A stretch of 64,000 nucleotides of DNA. Origin: Isosphaeraceae bacterium. GTDB taxonomy: Bacteria; Planctomycetota; Planctomycetia; Isosphaerales; Isosphaeraceae. The stretch covers positions 62,001-126,000 of the forward strand of contig CBDAVP010000007.1 in NCBI GenBank assembly GCA_965201075.1. The letters are read 5' to 3'. The notes beneath the pieces were generated by a model that was not told the origin of the DNA, searched no databases, and saw only the letters and a list, made by a program, of their open reading frames with translations. Positions 30,842-40,515 of the stretch are shown here, piece after piece. Made by a program: the position numbers and the translations under genes. Numbering within the stretch: the stretch's first letter is position 1; each line of letters starts with the position of its first letter.

Positions 30842-31083
30842 TCAACCGGTCCGATTGGCCTGACTTTCGACGATGGCCGTTCGCTCAGTAAGGTCGACGG
30901 GCTGGGCGACACGCGTCTGACGCTCGGCGATTCGCACTCGTCCTCGGGATGGGCGAACGCGGTCAGCGCCATTGTTGGCGGTGGTCTGGTCGAGACCATC
31001 CGCCTCTCCTGACGGATCCGATCATAGCCATCCTGCACGGGCCTGCCAACGTCGTCGACCCTCTCGTCGGGGTCGAACCGGGC
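30842..31083 (-). pseudogene. Frameshifted remnant of a C-terminal receiver (REC) domain, hybrid histidine kinase type
   Basis: One frame reads ARFDPDERVDDVGRPVQDGYDRIRQERR..PTMALTAFAHPED; the shifted frame reads QTRVAQPVDLTERTAIVESQANRTG*; both match the remembered REC pattern PD..VSDIGMP..DGY.LIR..ALTAFA.PED..HVAKPVD..EL. Confidence 0.7.
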
Positions 31084-31131
31084 CAGAGGCTTCCAACCTT
31101 GGAAGTCGCGGGTCCAGTGGATCGTCGAGGG

Positions 31132-33489
31132 TTAGGGTTCGTGGGCTAGCCGCTCGCGAAGCTGTTCGAAGCGGTTGCGGAGGTCGGCGCCGCCGAGGTC
31201 GGGGTGGAGGATCGCGGTGCCGTCGATGAGTTGACGGGCTTCTCGGGTCTTTTGAGATTGGGAATAGGCCAGGGCCAGGCCGAACCGCGCCGAGAGCCAG
31301 GGCAGCGAACCGGCGGGGAAGCGGCGGGCGAGTCTTCGATAAGCGTCGGAAGCGCGGGCGGGCAGGCCAAGTTGGGCCGCGGCCGAGGCGAGATCGGCAA
31401 GTTGGCGATCGTCGAGCGTCCCGAGGTTGAGTTCGGTGTCGGCCATCGCCACGCGTGCCGAGTCCGGGTCACCGCTCAACATCAGGGCGCGAATCCTTCG
31501 GAGGGTGACCTCGGTGCGGATCGCGGGGGGTAGCGTTGTCGGGTTGGCCGACAGCGGGTCGATCAGGGTTCGGATCAGGGTGCCGGCCCGTCGTCGGGGT
31601 AGATCGGCGTCGGAAGCCGAGGCGGCGCGGTCGATCAGGCGGGCGAGGTCGAGGAGGTCGGCCGGCGAGCCCCGGCGGGCCTCGGCGCGGGCCTCGGTCT
31701 CGGCGTCGACAGTCCTGGCAAGCTGGGCCAACGCGGCAATCCGGAGGCGACGCGCCAAAGGGGCCAGGTCGGTCCGATTCGCGGTGCGTAGGGCTCGTTC
31801 GCAGGCTGAAAGGGCGGCCTCGGGACGGCCGACCGAGGGGGTCAGGTCGAGTCGGGCTCGGCGGAGGTCCAGCACTGCCCGATCGGGAGAGTCCCCGGCC
31901 TCGGCGGTCGCCCCGTCCAGAAACCGCTGGGCTTCGTCCATGGCTCGAAGCGAGGCCGCGGCGTCGCCGTTGAGCCGTTGGGCGTCGAGGTCCGCTTCCA
32001 AGAGATCCAGGGCGCGGAGCCGAGCGTCGAGCCAATGAGGCGAAACGGCGGGTAGCGCCGACCAGAGCCTGACCGCGGCGGCTCGGTCCCCGGCGGCGAG
32101 TCGGATGAGGCCCAGCCGCCAACGGGCCTCCTGGGTCGAGGGGTCCTTGGGGAAGTCTCGGACCTGAGTTTCAAGCGCCTCTCGGTAGGCGAGTTCCGGG
32201 TTTTTCCCGACCGACTTGCCGAGCAATCGCTCGCGGGTGAGGATGCGAAGCAGTCCAGCCTTGGGTTGGATCGGTCCAGCCTGGGGGTCCTGGGCCAGTT
32301 GGGTCAGCAGGGCGTCCGCCGCTGAGTAGGATCCGGCCTGAAACAGAAACGCCGAGGCGCGGAACCGGAGGGCGGCGGCCTGGGGAAGATGGCCTAGCGC
32401 CGCGGCTTTTTCAGCGGCCGATGCGGCCAAAGCGCCGGCGCGGTCAGGGTGGCCCAGGAGCGAGGCCCCCTCGGCCAGCGTGTCGCGCCCTTCCGGCCCG
32501 AGTTGTGGGTCGGGCTGGGAGACCGCCGCCGCCAGCGAGGCCAGGGCCGTGTGGCTTTCTGGTCGACCCGAACCGCGGAGGGCCTCGGCGTGCTCGAACA
32601 GGTCGACCTCGACGGCTCGGCGAGCCGGTCCTTCTGGAAGGTCAGCGCGGCGGGCCAGTAAGACTTTCAAGGCCAAGGCCTGACGACGAGTCTCGTCGAG
32701 CTTCGACGTCAACGCCGCCTGGAGAGCCTCTTCGAACCGCTTGCGGGCAATGAGCAGGTCCACCCGGACCCCGAGCAATTCCGATTCGGAGGGGGTCGGG
32801 ATGCTCTTGCTGGCCGCCTCCCACTCGGAGGAGGCCAGATCCAACCGGCCCAGGGCCGTCGCCAGCGACGCTCGCAGCACGTGGGTATGCCCGGCAAGGT
32901 CCGCCAGGGGGTGCGGGCCCTCCAGAATCGCCAGGGCCTCGACTCTCGACGAGGCGGCCGAGGCTGGATCCAGTTCAGCGCGGTCGGCCAGGGTCCGAGC
33001 CAGTCGGTAGCGGACGTTCGCCAGGAAGGGGTCGGCCGGTTTCTCGGGAGGCTTCAGGAGCAGGGGCCGCAGCATCGTCAGCGAATGGTCGAAGGCGGAC
33101 AGCGCGGCGGTCCGGGAGCGGGAGTCGGCGGGGTGATCGGCGAGTTCTCGGCATCGAGCTTCCCCCTGAGCCCATCGGTAGATGCCCGCCTGAAGTGCCA
33201 GGGGCCGGGCACCCTGGCTCTCGGGAGTTTTGCCGGTGAAACCCTCCAGCAGCGAAGCGGCCTCGGCCCACCTTAGCGCCGCGACCGCGGGAATTCTCGC
33301 TTTCTTGGCCGCGTCGTCGAGGTTGGCGGCCAACTCCAGCGCCAGACGCTCCCGTTCGGCCAGGGGTACACGGGCATCCTCCAACTGAGGCCGGAGGTCC
33401 GCCATGTGGCGATCCAGGTCATCGGCGTGCGCCCACGAAAGGCACGCCAGGACGACCCCCCAGCCGGCGGATAGTCGATTTCGGTCCAC
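31132..33489 (-). CDS. Large exported helical-repeat (TPR-like) protein
   Basis: RBS GGGGAGG plus GTG, signal peptide ending AHA-D, Ala/Leu-rich repeats such as ALETQVRDFPKDP..EARWRLG and AYRRLARRFPAGS..ARFGLALAY. Confidence 0.65.
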   Translation of the reverse strand: MDRNRLSAGWGVVLACLSWAHADDLDRHMADLRPQLEDARVPLAERERLALELAANLDDAAKKARIPAVAALRWAEAASLLEGFTGKTPESQGARPLALQAGIYRWAQGEARCRELADHPADSRSRTAALSAFDHSLTMLRPLLLKPPEKPADPFLANVRYRLARTLADRAELDPASAASSRVEALAILEGPHPLADLAGHTHVLRASLATALGRLDLASSEWEAASKSIPTPSESELLGVRVDLLIARKRFEEALQAALTSKLDETRRQALALKVLLARRADLPEGPARRAVEVDLFEHAEALRGSGRPESHTALASLAAAVSQPDPQLGPEGRDTLAEGASLLGHPDRAGALAASAAEKAAALGHLPQAAALRFRASAFLFQAGSYSAADALLTQLAQDPQAGPIQPKAGLLRILTRERLLGKSVGKNPELAYREALETQVRDFPKDPSTQEARWRLGLIRLAAGDRAAAVRLWSALPAVSPHWLDARLRALDLLEADLDAQRLNGDAAASLRAMDEAQRFLDGATAEAGDSPDRAVLDLRRARLDLTPSVGRPEAALSACERALRTANRTDLAPLARRLRIAALAQLARTVDAETEARAEARRGSPADLLDLARLIDRAASASDADLPRRRAGTLIRTLIDPLSANPTTLPPAIRTEVTLRRIRALMLSGDPDSARVAMADTELNLGTLDDRQLADLASAAAQLGLPARASDAYRRLARRFPAGSLPWLSARFGLALAYSQSQKTREARQLIDGTAILHPDLGGADLRNRFEQLRERLAHEP

Positions 33490-33544
33490 GTCCGCCTCCC
33501 CCTCGCTCGTCGCCTTTTTCCACAAGCTCAATCGGGACGTCCGC

Positions 33545-34441
33545 TTACGATCCCAAAGGCGATTTATCGGTGAAGAAGCTCATGGTCGGAACGAGCGGAT
33601 GGACTTCCCAGCGGGTGCCGACCCAGGCGTGGTGCTGAACGGTCAAATTGTCGCCGTCGAGGTCGATCTCCAAGAACCCGGGAGGGTGCAGTCCCGTGGG
33701 GTCTCTCAGCAGCGGAGCGCCGGAATTGAGGCAAAGCTGCGCCGGCAGTTCGCGGGGGTGGAAAGCCCAGGCGGCGTGCACGTGCCCGCAGCAGAACAGG
33801 TGAGGGCCGAGGTCGGCGAGCCAGGCTCGGGCCTCGGAGGCGTTGAGCAGCCGTTTCTTGGCCAATTCCTTCTCATACGGCGGTGGCGCGGCCAGCGGGT
33901 AGTGACAGGCGATGATCAGCCGACGGGGGCGATTGGCGGGGTCGGCGATCAAGGAGCGGGCGGCGGCGAGTTGCGCGGGGGGGAGATAGCCCCGGGCCGT
34001 GATGTGGGAACGGGTGGCGTCGAGGCCGAGGATGGCGGTCTCGGAATCGAGCGGTCGCAGCCAGGGGTAAGTCTGACTGGGGGCGTACCGGCCGAAATAC
34101 TTCTCGAATTTCCGGCGACGGACCGAGCCGCTGGTGTATCGATCATGATTGCCGGGCACCACCGTCGCTTTGGAGGGGTCGGCCAGCAGAGGTTCCAGGG
34201 CGGCCAGGGCGGCTCGAAATTCCGAAGGGAGCGCCGTGGTCGTCAGATCACCGGTGATCAGGACGTGGTCGGGTGACAGCGAGGAAGCGCGATCGACGAC
34301 CTGGTCGATCCGTTCCAGCCGAAACTTTCGGGCCCGCCCGCGAACCAGTTCGGCGATCCCGAGTGATCGCTTGCTGAACAGGCGCAAGGGGTTGAGACTA
34401 TAGCGCCAGATGTGGACGTCGGAGAGGTGGACGATCTTCAC
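33545..34441 (-). CDS. Calcineurin-like metallophosphoesterase
   Basis: HLSDVH, ITGDLT, PGNHD, CHYP, CGHVH. Confidence 0.93.
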   Translation of the reverse strand: MKIVHLSDVHIWRYSLNPLRLFSKRSLGIAELVRGRARKFRLERIDQVVDRASSLSPDHVLITGDLTTTALPSEFRAALAALEPLLADPSKATVVPGNHDRYTSGSVRRRKFEKYFGRYAPSQTYPWLRPLDSETAILGLDATRSHITARGYLPPAQLAAARSLIADPANRPRRLIIACHYPLAAPPPYEKELAKKRLLNASEARAWLADLGPHLFCCGHVHAAWAFHPRELPAQLCLNSGAPLLRDPTGLHPPGFLEIDLDGDNLTVQHHAWVGTRWEVHPLVPTMSFFTDKSPLGS

Positions 34442-34480
34442 GGGGAGCGGTCCCGGCGGCGACGAGGGGTCGTCGGGGAC

Positions 34481-35035
34481 TCAGACGCGGGCCGCGCCGG
34501 GCACGACCAGCGTGATGGTCCCCTTCAACGTATAGTAGGCGGTGTTGAGCTTCGGATTGAAGTGGCCAACGAAAGTCCCCGAGCCCTGCGCTCCATCGTA
34601 GACCCCGGCGTAACCGGCGACGAAGAAGGGACCGGTGAATTGCAGCGGCTTCCCCTGGTTCTTCTTCGTGGCGCCAAAGATCGCCACGGCGAGGACATCG
34701 CCGTTCTGGAGGGTCAGGGTTCCTGTCGAAGTAAAGGATCCGAAGGTATTCAAAGCCCCCGTGACCTGCCCGGTGAAAACCTGAATTTTCGAGGCTCGGC
34801 CGGCGAGGTTTGCCGAGTTGTTGCTATACCCCTGGCCCGGTACGGGGTCGTTCGTGAGGACGAACAATTGACCGGCGCCGACGAGCGGTACGGTGACCTT
34901 GTGCGTCACCGTCGGAGTCTCGACGTGCTTGGCATGACCCGGGGTGATCAGCGGGTGAGAGGCAGTGCTAAGGACCTCACGACGCTCCAGCGAATCAAAG
35001 GTGAGCGCCCGCCGCCTCAATTTGTGAATCCTCAT
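34481..35035 (-). CDS. Hypothetical beta-rich protein with a planctomycete LExR leader
   Basis: MRIHKLRRRALTFDSLERREVLS leader followed by a Gly/Thr-rich beta-strand body. Confidence 0.65.
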   Translation of the reverse strand: MRIHKLRRRALTFDSLERREVLSTASHPLITPGHAKHVETPTVTHKVTVPLVGAGQLFVLTNDPVPGQGYSNNSANLAGRASKIQVFTGQVTGALNTFGSFTSTGTLTLQNGDVLAVAIFGATKKNQGKPLQFTGPFFVAGYAGVYDGAQGSGTFVGHFNPKLNTAYYTLKGTITLVVPGAARV

Positions 35036-35148
35036 AAGCACCCTCGATACGGTTCCATCCGGGGTGGAGACCAGCGACTCGGCACATTAGGAAGGTCGGC
35101 AAGGCAGGAGGACTGGGCGAGTTCGCTGGAGTTGGTAAACTTTGGAGG

Positions 35149-36051
35149 TCAGGTTGTCCAGCCGATCAGGGCGACCAGCACATCGTAAGCCACATGGGTG
35201 CCGACGGCGATGCCGAACCCTCTGGCCAGGAAGATCCACGAGAAGACGATACCGGCGGACCAGCGGAAGATGAAGGCGTACCAGGTGAACGGTTCGCCAG
35301 GTGCTCCCGCGTGATGTGCCAGGGAGAAGGCCAGGGCCGAGGCTGTCATCGCCAGGGCCAGCGCGGGCGCTCGGGGCAGGAGCAGGAGCCGGGCGGCTCC
35401 GTACAGGATCGACAAGATGGCCAGGCGGAACAGAGCCTCCTCGTAGACTCCCGCCCCCAGATAACCAACCAGGGCCACCAGCCGTTCTCGGGATTCCCCC
35501 GAGGGCGGTCCGATCGGTCCAGCGTCCGGGTCTGGAGAAGGGGCCGACAGTATGGCGTGAGTCTCCAGGTGCGCGAACCCCAAATACACGGCCCGGCCGA
35601 GGCCCACCAAGGCCATCGCCAGGATGAGGCTTTCGAGGGCCATCCCCGCCAGACACCACGCCGAGAGCCGCCAGTTGCGCGGGGTGAACGACTCCCAGGC
35701 CAAAAGGGCGAGCACAATCGCCAGGGGCGGGAACCAACGGTCGGTCTGACCAACGGTGGCCAGGCCCCGGCGAACCCAGGCGTCGGCCCCTGAGCGAACC
35801 GCCGCCGCCGAGGCTCCTCCCAGCCATGCGACCCCCAACTCGTAGGTGGCCAGCAAGGGGATGACGAAAACCAGGCCATGCAGTGGTCGGCGAGCCTGGG
35901 CCCAGTACGACTCGGGGGGGTGCCGCCAGGACGAACCCCGTCGGCGACCGTCCCTTCCGCGAGAGTCGCGGTCGAGCCGGCCTCGATCCCGATCGAGGCG
36001 GTCTCGCGCGTTCAGGCGGCGTTCCGATTTCCGGACGTCTTGAGTAAACAC
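35149..36051 (-). CDS. CPBP (Abi/CAAX) family intramembrane glutamic endopeptidase
   Basis: GAGVYEEALFR, FSLAHH, RGFGIAVGTHVAYD; start uncertain (GTG 36051 chosen). Confidence 0.85.
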   Translation of the reverse strand: MFTQDVRKSERRLNARDRLDRDRGRLDRDSRGRDGRRRGSSWRHPPESYWAQARRPLHGLVFVIPLLATYELGVAWLGGASAAAVRSGADAWVRRGLATVGQTDRWFPPLAIVLALLAWESFTPRNWRLSAWCLAGMALESLILAMALVGLGRAVYLGFAHLETHAILSAPSPDPDAGPIGPPSGESRERLVALVGYLGAGVYEEALFRLAILSILYGAARLLLLPRAPALALAMTASALAFSLAHHAGAPGEPFTWYAFIFRWSAGIVFSWIFLARGFGIAVGTHVAYDVLVALIGWTT

Positions 36052-36181
36052 GGAATTGGCATCGGCCTCGGGTCGGATCGAGGCGAGCGATTCGGGGCTC
36101 GGCGGCGGTCGAGGGGTTGGATTTTGCCGGATCGTCCGGGCGGGTCGAAGCAACACTGGAGGACTTGCGCGTTGTGGACGC

Positions 36182-36210
36182 TTGACGAGGGGAATCGGGC
36201 GGTCGACAAT
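36182..36210 (+). promoter_or_regulatory. Putative sigma70 promoter of the oxidase operon
   Basis: TTGACG-17 bp-GACAAT. Confidence 0.55.
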
Positions 36211-36343
36211 AACCCGCCTGCGTCCCCCGTCAAATCGACCCTTCGACCCGCGGTGCCGGGTCGCGGATCGAAATGACACCCGCCCGAGTGCTTTGCAGAC
36301 TGTCCGCCCGCGAGGTCCGGCTTGGTCCGGGAAGGATAGGCGA

Positions 36344-37729
36344 GTGATTCCGCGGTTCCGTCTGGTCTCGACCCTCCTGGGGCTCGCCTGGCTGACTGGC
36401 TGCGGAGGATCCTCCGCCCCTTTGGCGTTCGTCGCCAACGACCACCTGGCCGACGAGTTGCAACCTCCGGTCAAGCCCTCGCTACGAGCCAAGGTTGCCC
36501 AGTATGTGAGCCAGGCGTTTGGCACCTCTCCGGAATCGCCCAGGGTGCCGTCGCTGGCGGTGGAATTGGTCCCTTCGCTAGCGAAGGTCGACCCGCAAGT
36601 CGAAGGCGGGTATCGCCTTTATCGACGCCATTGCCAGCACTGTCACGGGTCATCCGGAGATGGAAACGGTCCCACGGCCGATTTCCTGTTTCCCCGCCCT
36701 CGTGATTATCGCAAGGGGAAGTTCAAGTTCACCTCGACCGCCTCGGACCAGAAGCCGACCCGTGAGGACCTGCGCAAGGTGTTGCGGGAGGGGCTTCATG
36801 GGACGTCGATGCCGGCGTTCGTGGCGTTGATGTCCCCCGAGGAGACCGAGCGGGTCATCGACTACCTCATCCTGCTGACCCTGCGAGGCGAGTACGAGAC
36901 GCGGATGCTGACCGAGGCTGGGGCCGATGACGAGGAGGCGCTGGCCGAGGCGAGCGAGGGGCATCTGGAGGCGGTGGTTTCGAGCTGGAAGGACGCCGAT
37001 GGGGCGATTGTCGAGCCGGCGTCACCGCGAGTCGAGGCCGACCACGCCAGCATTGTCCGGGGCCGGGATCTGTTCTGGAAAAGCGACTGCCTGGGCTGCC
37101 ACGGCCCTCAAGCGAAGGGGAATGGCCAGAGCTTCGTCGACGAATCGACCTTCCGCCGAATCGCCTTCCAGGATTCGAAGGCCCTCGCCAGGCTCGATGA
37201 CGCCGAGGTGCTCGGGTTGCTCCTGGCTCAGCAGGAGCAGGTCAAGGTGGGGGGAGAGCCGTCACCGCTGCCCGAGGAGATTCGCTCGGTGGCCGGTCCC
37301 AACGCTCCGCCTTATCTCAAGGTCGACAGCATCCTGACTCGCCTTCAGGATGAGAAAAAGGTCCGCAAGGACGGGTCGCGGTGGAGGGTCCTGGTGAGTC
37401 CGTCGCTGGTTGCCCGGCAACGCAAGGACCGCGAGGCCTGGCTGGGCTCGCTGGACGAGTGGGGTAACCCGCTGCGGCCCGCGAATCTGAACCGCGGCGG
37501 GACCACCGTTTACAAGGGGGGACGGCGCCCCCTGGATCTCTACTGGCGGATCGCCAAGGGGATCAACGGGGCCAAGATGCCGGCCCACGAGCAGTCGCTC
37601 AAGCCCGAGGAAATCTGGGACCTGGTCAACTTCGTTCTGGCCCTGCCTTTTGAACCGGAACTGCTCAAGGGAAATCCGCCTCCGCCCACCGCCTCCGCCT
37701 CGACTGCTCCGAGCGAGATGACACGATGA
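36344..37729 (+). CDS. Diheme c-type cytochrome lipoprotein
   Basis: Lipobox LTGC; CQHCH with distal GTSMP and CLGCH with distal GAKMP; FPRPRDY..KFKFTS. Confidence 0.88.
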   Translation: MIPRFRLVSTLLGLAWLTGCGGSSAPLAFVANDHLADELQPPVKPSLRAKVAQYVSQAFGTSPESPRVPSLAVELVPSLAKVDPQVEGGYRLYRRHCQHCHGSSGDGNGPTADFLFPRPRDYRKGKFKFTSTASDQKPTREDLRKVLREGLHGTSMPAFVALMSPEETERVIDYLILLTLRGEYETRMLTEAGADDEEALAEASEGHLEAVVSSWKDADGAIVEPASPRVEADHASIVRGRDLFWKSDCLGCHGPQAKGNGQSFVDESTFRRIAFQDSKALARLDDAEVLGLLLAQQEQVKVGGEPSPLPEEIRSVAGPNAPPYLKVDSILTRLQDEKKVRKDGSRWRVLVSPSLVARQRKDREAWLGSLDEWGNPLRPANLNRGGTTVYKGGRRPLDLYWRIAKGINGAKMPAHEQSLKPEEIWDLVNFVLALPFEPELLKGNPPPPTASASTAPSEMTR

Positions 37730-37856
37730 GGCGTTCGGCGGACTTTCTGGGGGCCGATCGAGTGGGTTGAAGATTGCGGGTAGGGCTAGGGGGACATCCT
37801 CGGCCCCTCCGATTGATTGTTGGCAACTTGTCGGGTCCGCCGCCGGAGCGATTGCC

Positions 37857-38654
37857 TTGCGTTACTGGAGTTTGCTGTTTCTGGCCGTCGCCATCCTCTC
37901 GGTGGGGGCGTTCGCCTACGGCCCAGCGTGGTCCGACGAGTCCTGGTCGCTGCCGGGCAACGTCTCGAAGCTGGGGGCCCGAGTCGATCATCTGTACTGG
38001 ATCATCCTGGGAATCACTGGCGTCGTGTTCGTCGGCACACAGGCGGCCCTGGCGTGGGCGGCGTATCGCTACTCGGCCGACCGTCCGGGTCTCAAGGCCG
38101 ACTATTTCCACGGTAGCCAGTTATTGGAAGTCGTCTGGACGATCATCCCGGCGGGCATTTTGGTGTTCCTCGCCCTTTACCAGATGGGAACCTGGGCCGA
38201 CATCAAGTTTCGCTCGGCGGCGCCCAAGGTGGCTCCGCTGGCGGAGGTGACGGCCCGGCAGTTTCAGTGGGTCATTCGCTACCCGGGACCCGATGGCCGG
38301 CTCCATTCGACCGACGACCTGGTGACGGTTAATGACCTTCACATGGTCAAAGGGGTCGACACCTTGATTCAACTGAAATCTAGCGACGTGCTGCACTCGT
38401 TCTTCCTGCCGAGGATGCGGATCAAGCAAGATGCCGTGCCGGGCTTGACGATTCCGGTCTGGTTCGACTCGGACACGGCCGGGCGGTTCGAGATCGCCTG
38501 CGCCGAGCTTTGCGGGTGGGGGCATTACAAGATGCGGGGCGAGTTGACGGTTCACGAGACGCCCGCCCAGTTCCAGGAATGGCTCGACGGGGCTCGGAAA
38601 CGGCAATCGGCCGACCGCCTGAAGGTCGCGGCCGCGGGGGAGGTGACGCCTTGA
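37857..38654 (+). CDS. ctaC: Cytochrome c oxidase subunit II
   Basis: LEVVWTIIP, QFQW, DVLHSF, KQDAVPG, CuA motif CAELCGWGHYKM; TTG start after GGAG. Confidence 0.96.
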   Translation: MRYWSLLFLAVAILSVGAFAYGPAWSDESWSLPGNVSKLGARVDHLYWIILGITGVVFVGTQAALAWAAYRYSADRPGLKADYFHGSQLLEVVWTIIPAGILVFLALYQMGTWADIKFRSAAPKVAPLAEVTARQFQWVIRYPGPDGRLHSTDDLVTVNDLHMVKGVDTLIQLKSSDVLHSFFLPRMRIKQDAVPGLTIPVWFDSDTAGRFEIACAELCGWGHYKMRGELTVHETPAQFQEWLDGARKRQSADRLKVAAAGEVTP

Positions 38655-38656
38655 CC

Positions 38657-40465
38657 ATGACTCACGCCACGGCCCACCACTCGGGGCATGGGGACGACCA
38701 CGTCCACCCGTCTCCGGCGAACTTCCTGCTCAAGTACGTCTTCTCGACCGACCACAAAGTCATCGGGATTCAGTTCCTGGTCTCGGGCCTGCTGTTCTTC
38801 GTGCTGGGAGGGTTGCTGGCGCTGGCGATCCGCTGGCAACTGGCGTGGCCCTGGAGCCATATGCCCATTCTCAGCGACACCTTGTGGTCCGACTCGGGCG
38901 GGAAGATGCCGCCGGAGGCCTATAACAAGCTGTTCACGATGCACGCCACGATCATGATCTTCTTCGTGATCATCCCGATCCTGACCGGGGCATTTGGCAA
39001 CTTCCTGATCCCGTTGATGATCGGGGCGCGCGACATGGCGTTCCCCAAGCTGAACCTGGTCAGTTACTGGTGCATGTGGCCGGCGTTCATTGCCGTGCTG
39101 TATTCGTTCGTCACTCCCGGAGGCGCGCCGGAGGCCGGCTGGACGAGTTACCCGGTGCTGGCGATCGCCCACTGGGCCACGCCGGGGTCGCTTAACGGCC
39201 AGACCTACTGGCTGCTCGCGGTCCTCTTCGCGGGGCTGTCGTCGTTGACGGGGTCGATCAATTACATCACGACGGTTTTGATGCTGCGGGCGCCCGGAAT
39301 GACGATGTTCCGCCTGCCGATGACCGTCTGGGCCCTGTTCATCACGGCACTTTTGCAGGCGTTCGCCCTGCCGGTGTTGACGTCGGCGCTGGTGATGCAA
39401 CTCCTGGATCGGACAGCTGGGACTAACTTCTTCGCGCCGGCCAACTGGGAGGTCGCCAACGCCCCGCTCGGTGTCGGCGGGGGTCAACCGTTGCTCTGGC
39501 AACACCTGTTCTGGTTTTACTCGCATCCGGCGGTCTACATCATGATCCTGCCGGGAATGGGGTTCGTCTCCGACATCATCTCGACGTTCAGCCGCAAGCC
39601 GCTGTTTGGCTACAAGCCGATGGTATTCGCCCTGTCGGCCATCGCGGGTTTGGGCTTCCTGGTCTGGGGGCACCACATGTTCCAGTCGGGCATGAACCCT
39701 GCGCTCGGGGCGACGTTCATGCTTTCGACGATGGTGATCGCCCTGCCCTCGGCGATCAAGGTGTTCAACTGGATTGGCACGATGTGGGGCGGCAAGATCA
39801 CGTTCACCTCGGCGATGCTCAACGCCACGGCGTTCGTGGCGATGTTCATCGTCGGCGGGCTGTCGGGGATCTTCATGGCGGCGACCCCGGTCGACATGTA
39901 CATCCACGACACCTACTTCATCGTGGCCCACATTCACTACGTCCTGTTCGGTGGCAGCACGTTCGCTGTCTTCGCGGCGTTGTATTACTGGTTTCCCAAG
40001 CTGTTCGGGCGGATGTTGAACGAGACGATGGGCAAGTGGCACTTCCTGCTGACGTTCCTATTCTTCAACGGGACGTTCTTCGTGATGCACATCTTGGGCG
40101 TCCACGGCCACCCTCGGCGAATCGCCTCCTGGGAGCCCTATGAGTTCCTGCGGACGCCAGGCGTGATTGGGATGAATCGGTTCACGACCTATTGCGCCCT
40201 GGCGCTGGGGGCGTCGCAACTGATCGTGATCGCCAACGTCCTGTATAGCCTTGCGTTCGGTCCGAAGGCGGCGGACAACCCCTGGAACGCCAATACGTTG
40301 GAATGGCAAACGACCTCGCCACCGCCTTACTACAACTTCGCCCGAATCCCGACGGTTTACCACGCCGCCTACGAGTACAGTATCCCCGAGGCGACCGAGG
40401 ATTACCTGCCGCAGACCCGCCCCCGGCCGGTCGAGGCCGGGCCGCTCGACCCGATCATGGCCTGA
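38657..40465 (+). CDS. ctaD: Cytochrome c oxidase subunit I, A2 type
   Basis: STDHKVIG, FTMHATIMIF, DMAFPKLN, WFYSHPAVY (YS motif marks A2), VWGHHMF, HDTYFIVAHIHY, PRR. Confidence 0.98.
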   Translation: MTHATAHHSGHGDDHVHPSPANFLLKYVFSTDHKVIGIQFLVSGLLFFVLGGLLALAIRWQLAWPWSHMPILSDTLWSDSGGKMPPEAYNKLFTMHATIMIFFVIIPILTGAFGNFLIPLMIGARDMAFPKLNLVSYWCMWPAFIAVLYSFVTPGGAPEAGWTSYPVLAIAHWATPGSLNGQTYWLLAVLFAGLSSLTGSINYITTVLMLRAPGMTMFRLPMTVWALFITALLQAFALPVLTSALVMQLLDRTAGTNFFAPANWEVANAPLGVGGGQPLLWQHLFWFYSHPAVYIMILPGMGFVSDIISTFSRKPLFGYKPMVFALSAIAGLGFLVWGHHMFQSGMNPALGATFMLSTMVIALPSAIKVFNWIGTMWGGKITFTSAMLNATAFVAMFIVGGLSGIFMAATPVDMYIHDTYFIVAHIHYVLFGGSTFAVFAALYYWFPKLFGRMLNETMGKWHFLLTFLFFNGTFFVMHILGVHGHPRRIASWEPYEFLRTPGVIGMNRFTTYCALALGASQLIVIANVLYSLAFGPKAADNPWNANTLEWQTTSPPPYYNFARIPTVYHAAYEYSIPEATEDYLPQTRPRPVEAGPLDPIMA

Positions 40466-40515
40466 GCGAGCCAGCGACGAAGCTCCCGGTTTTACTCCCT
40501 TGAAGGCGAACGACC

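Noticed and set aside
30775..31038. 87-aa ORF as a real small protein
   Set aside because: It overlaps the tRNA 3' end and is better explained as a frameshifted REC-domain relic
30721..31131. Intact integrative element at tRNA-Thr
   Set aside because: No integrase or transposase, and no duplicated tRNA 3' end noticed in the window
35955..36010. RLDRD repeated twice at the CPBP N-terminus
   Set aside because: Short low-complexity charged stretch near an uncertain start; no evidence of function
37813..37826. FNR-like site TTGAT-tgtt-GGCAA upstream of ctaC
   Set aside because: Two mismatches in one half-site and no clear linked promoter; could be chance
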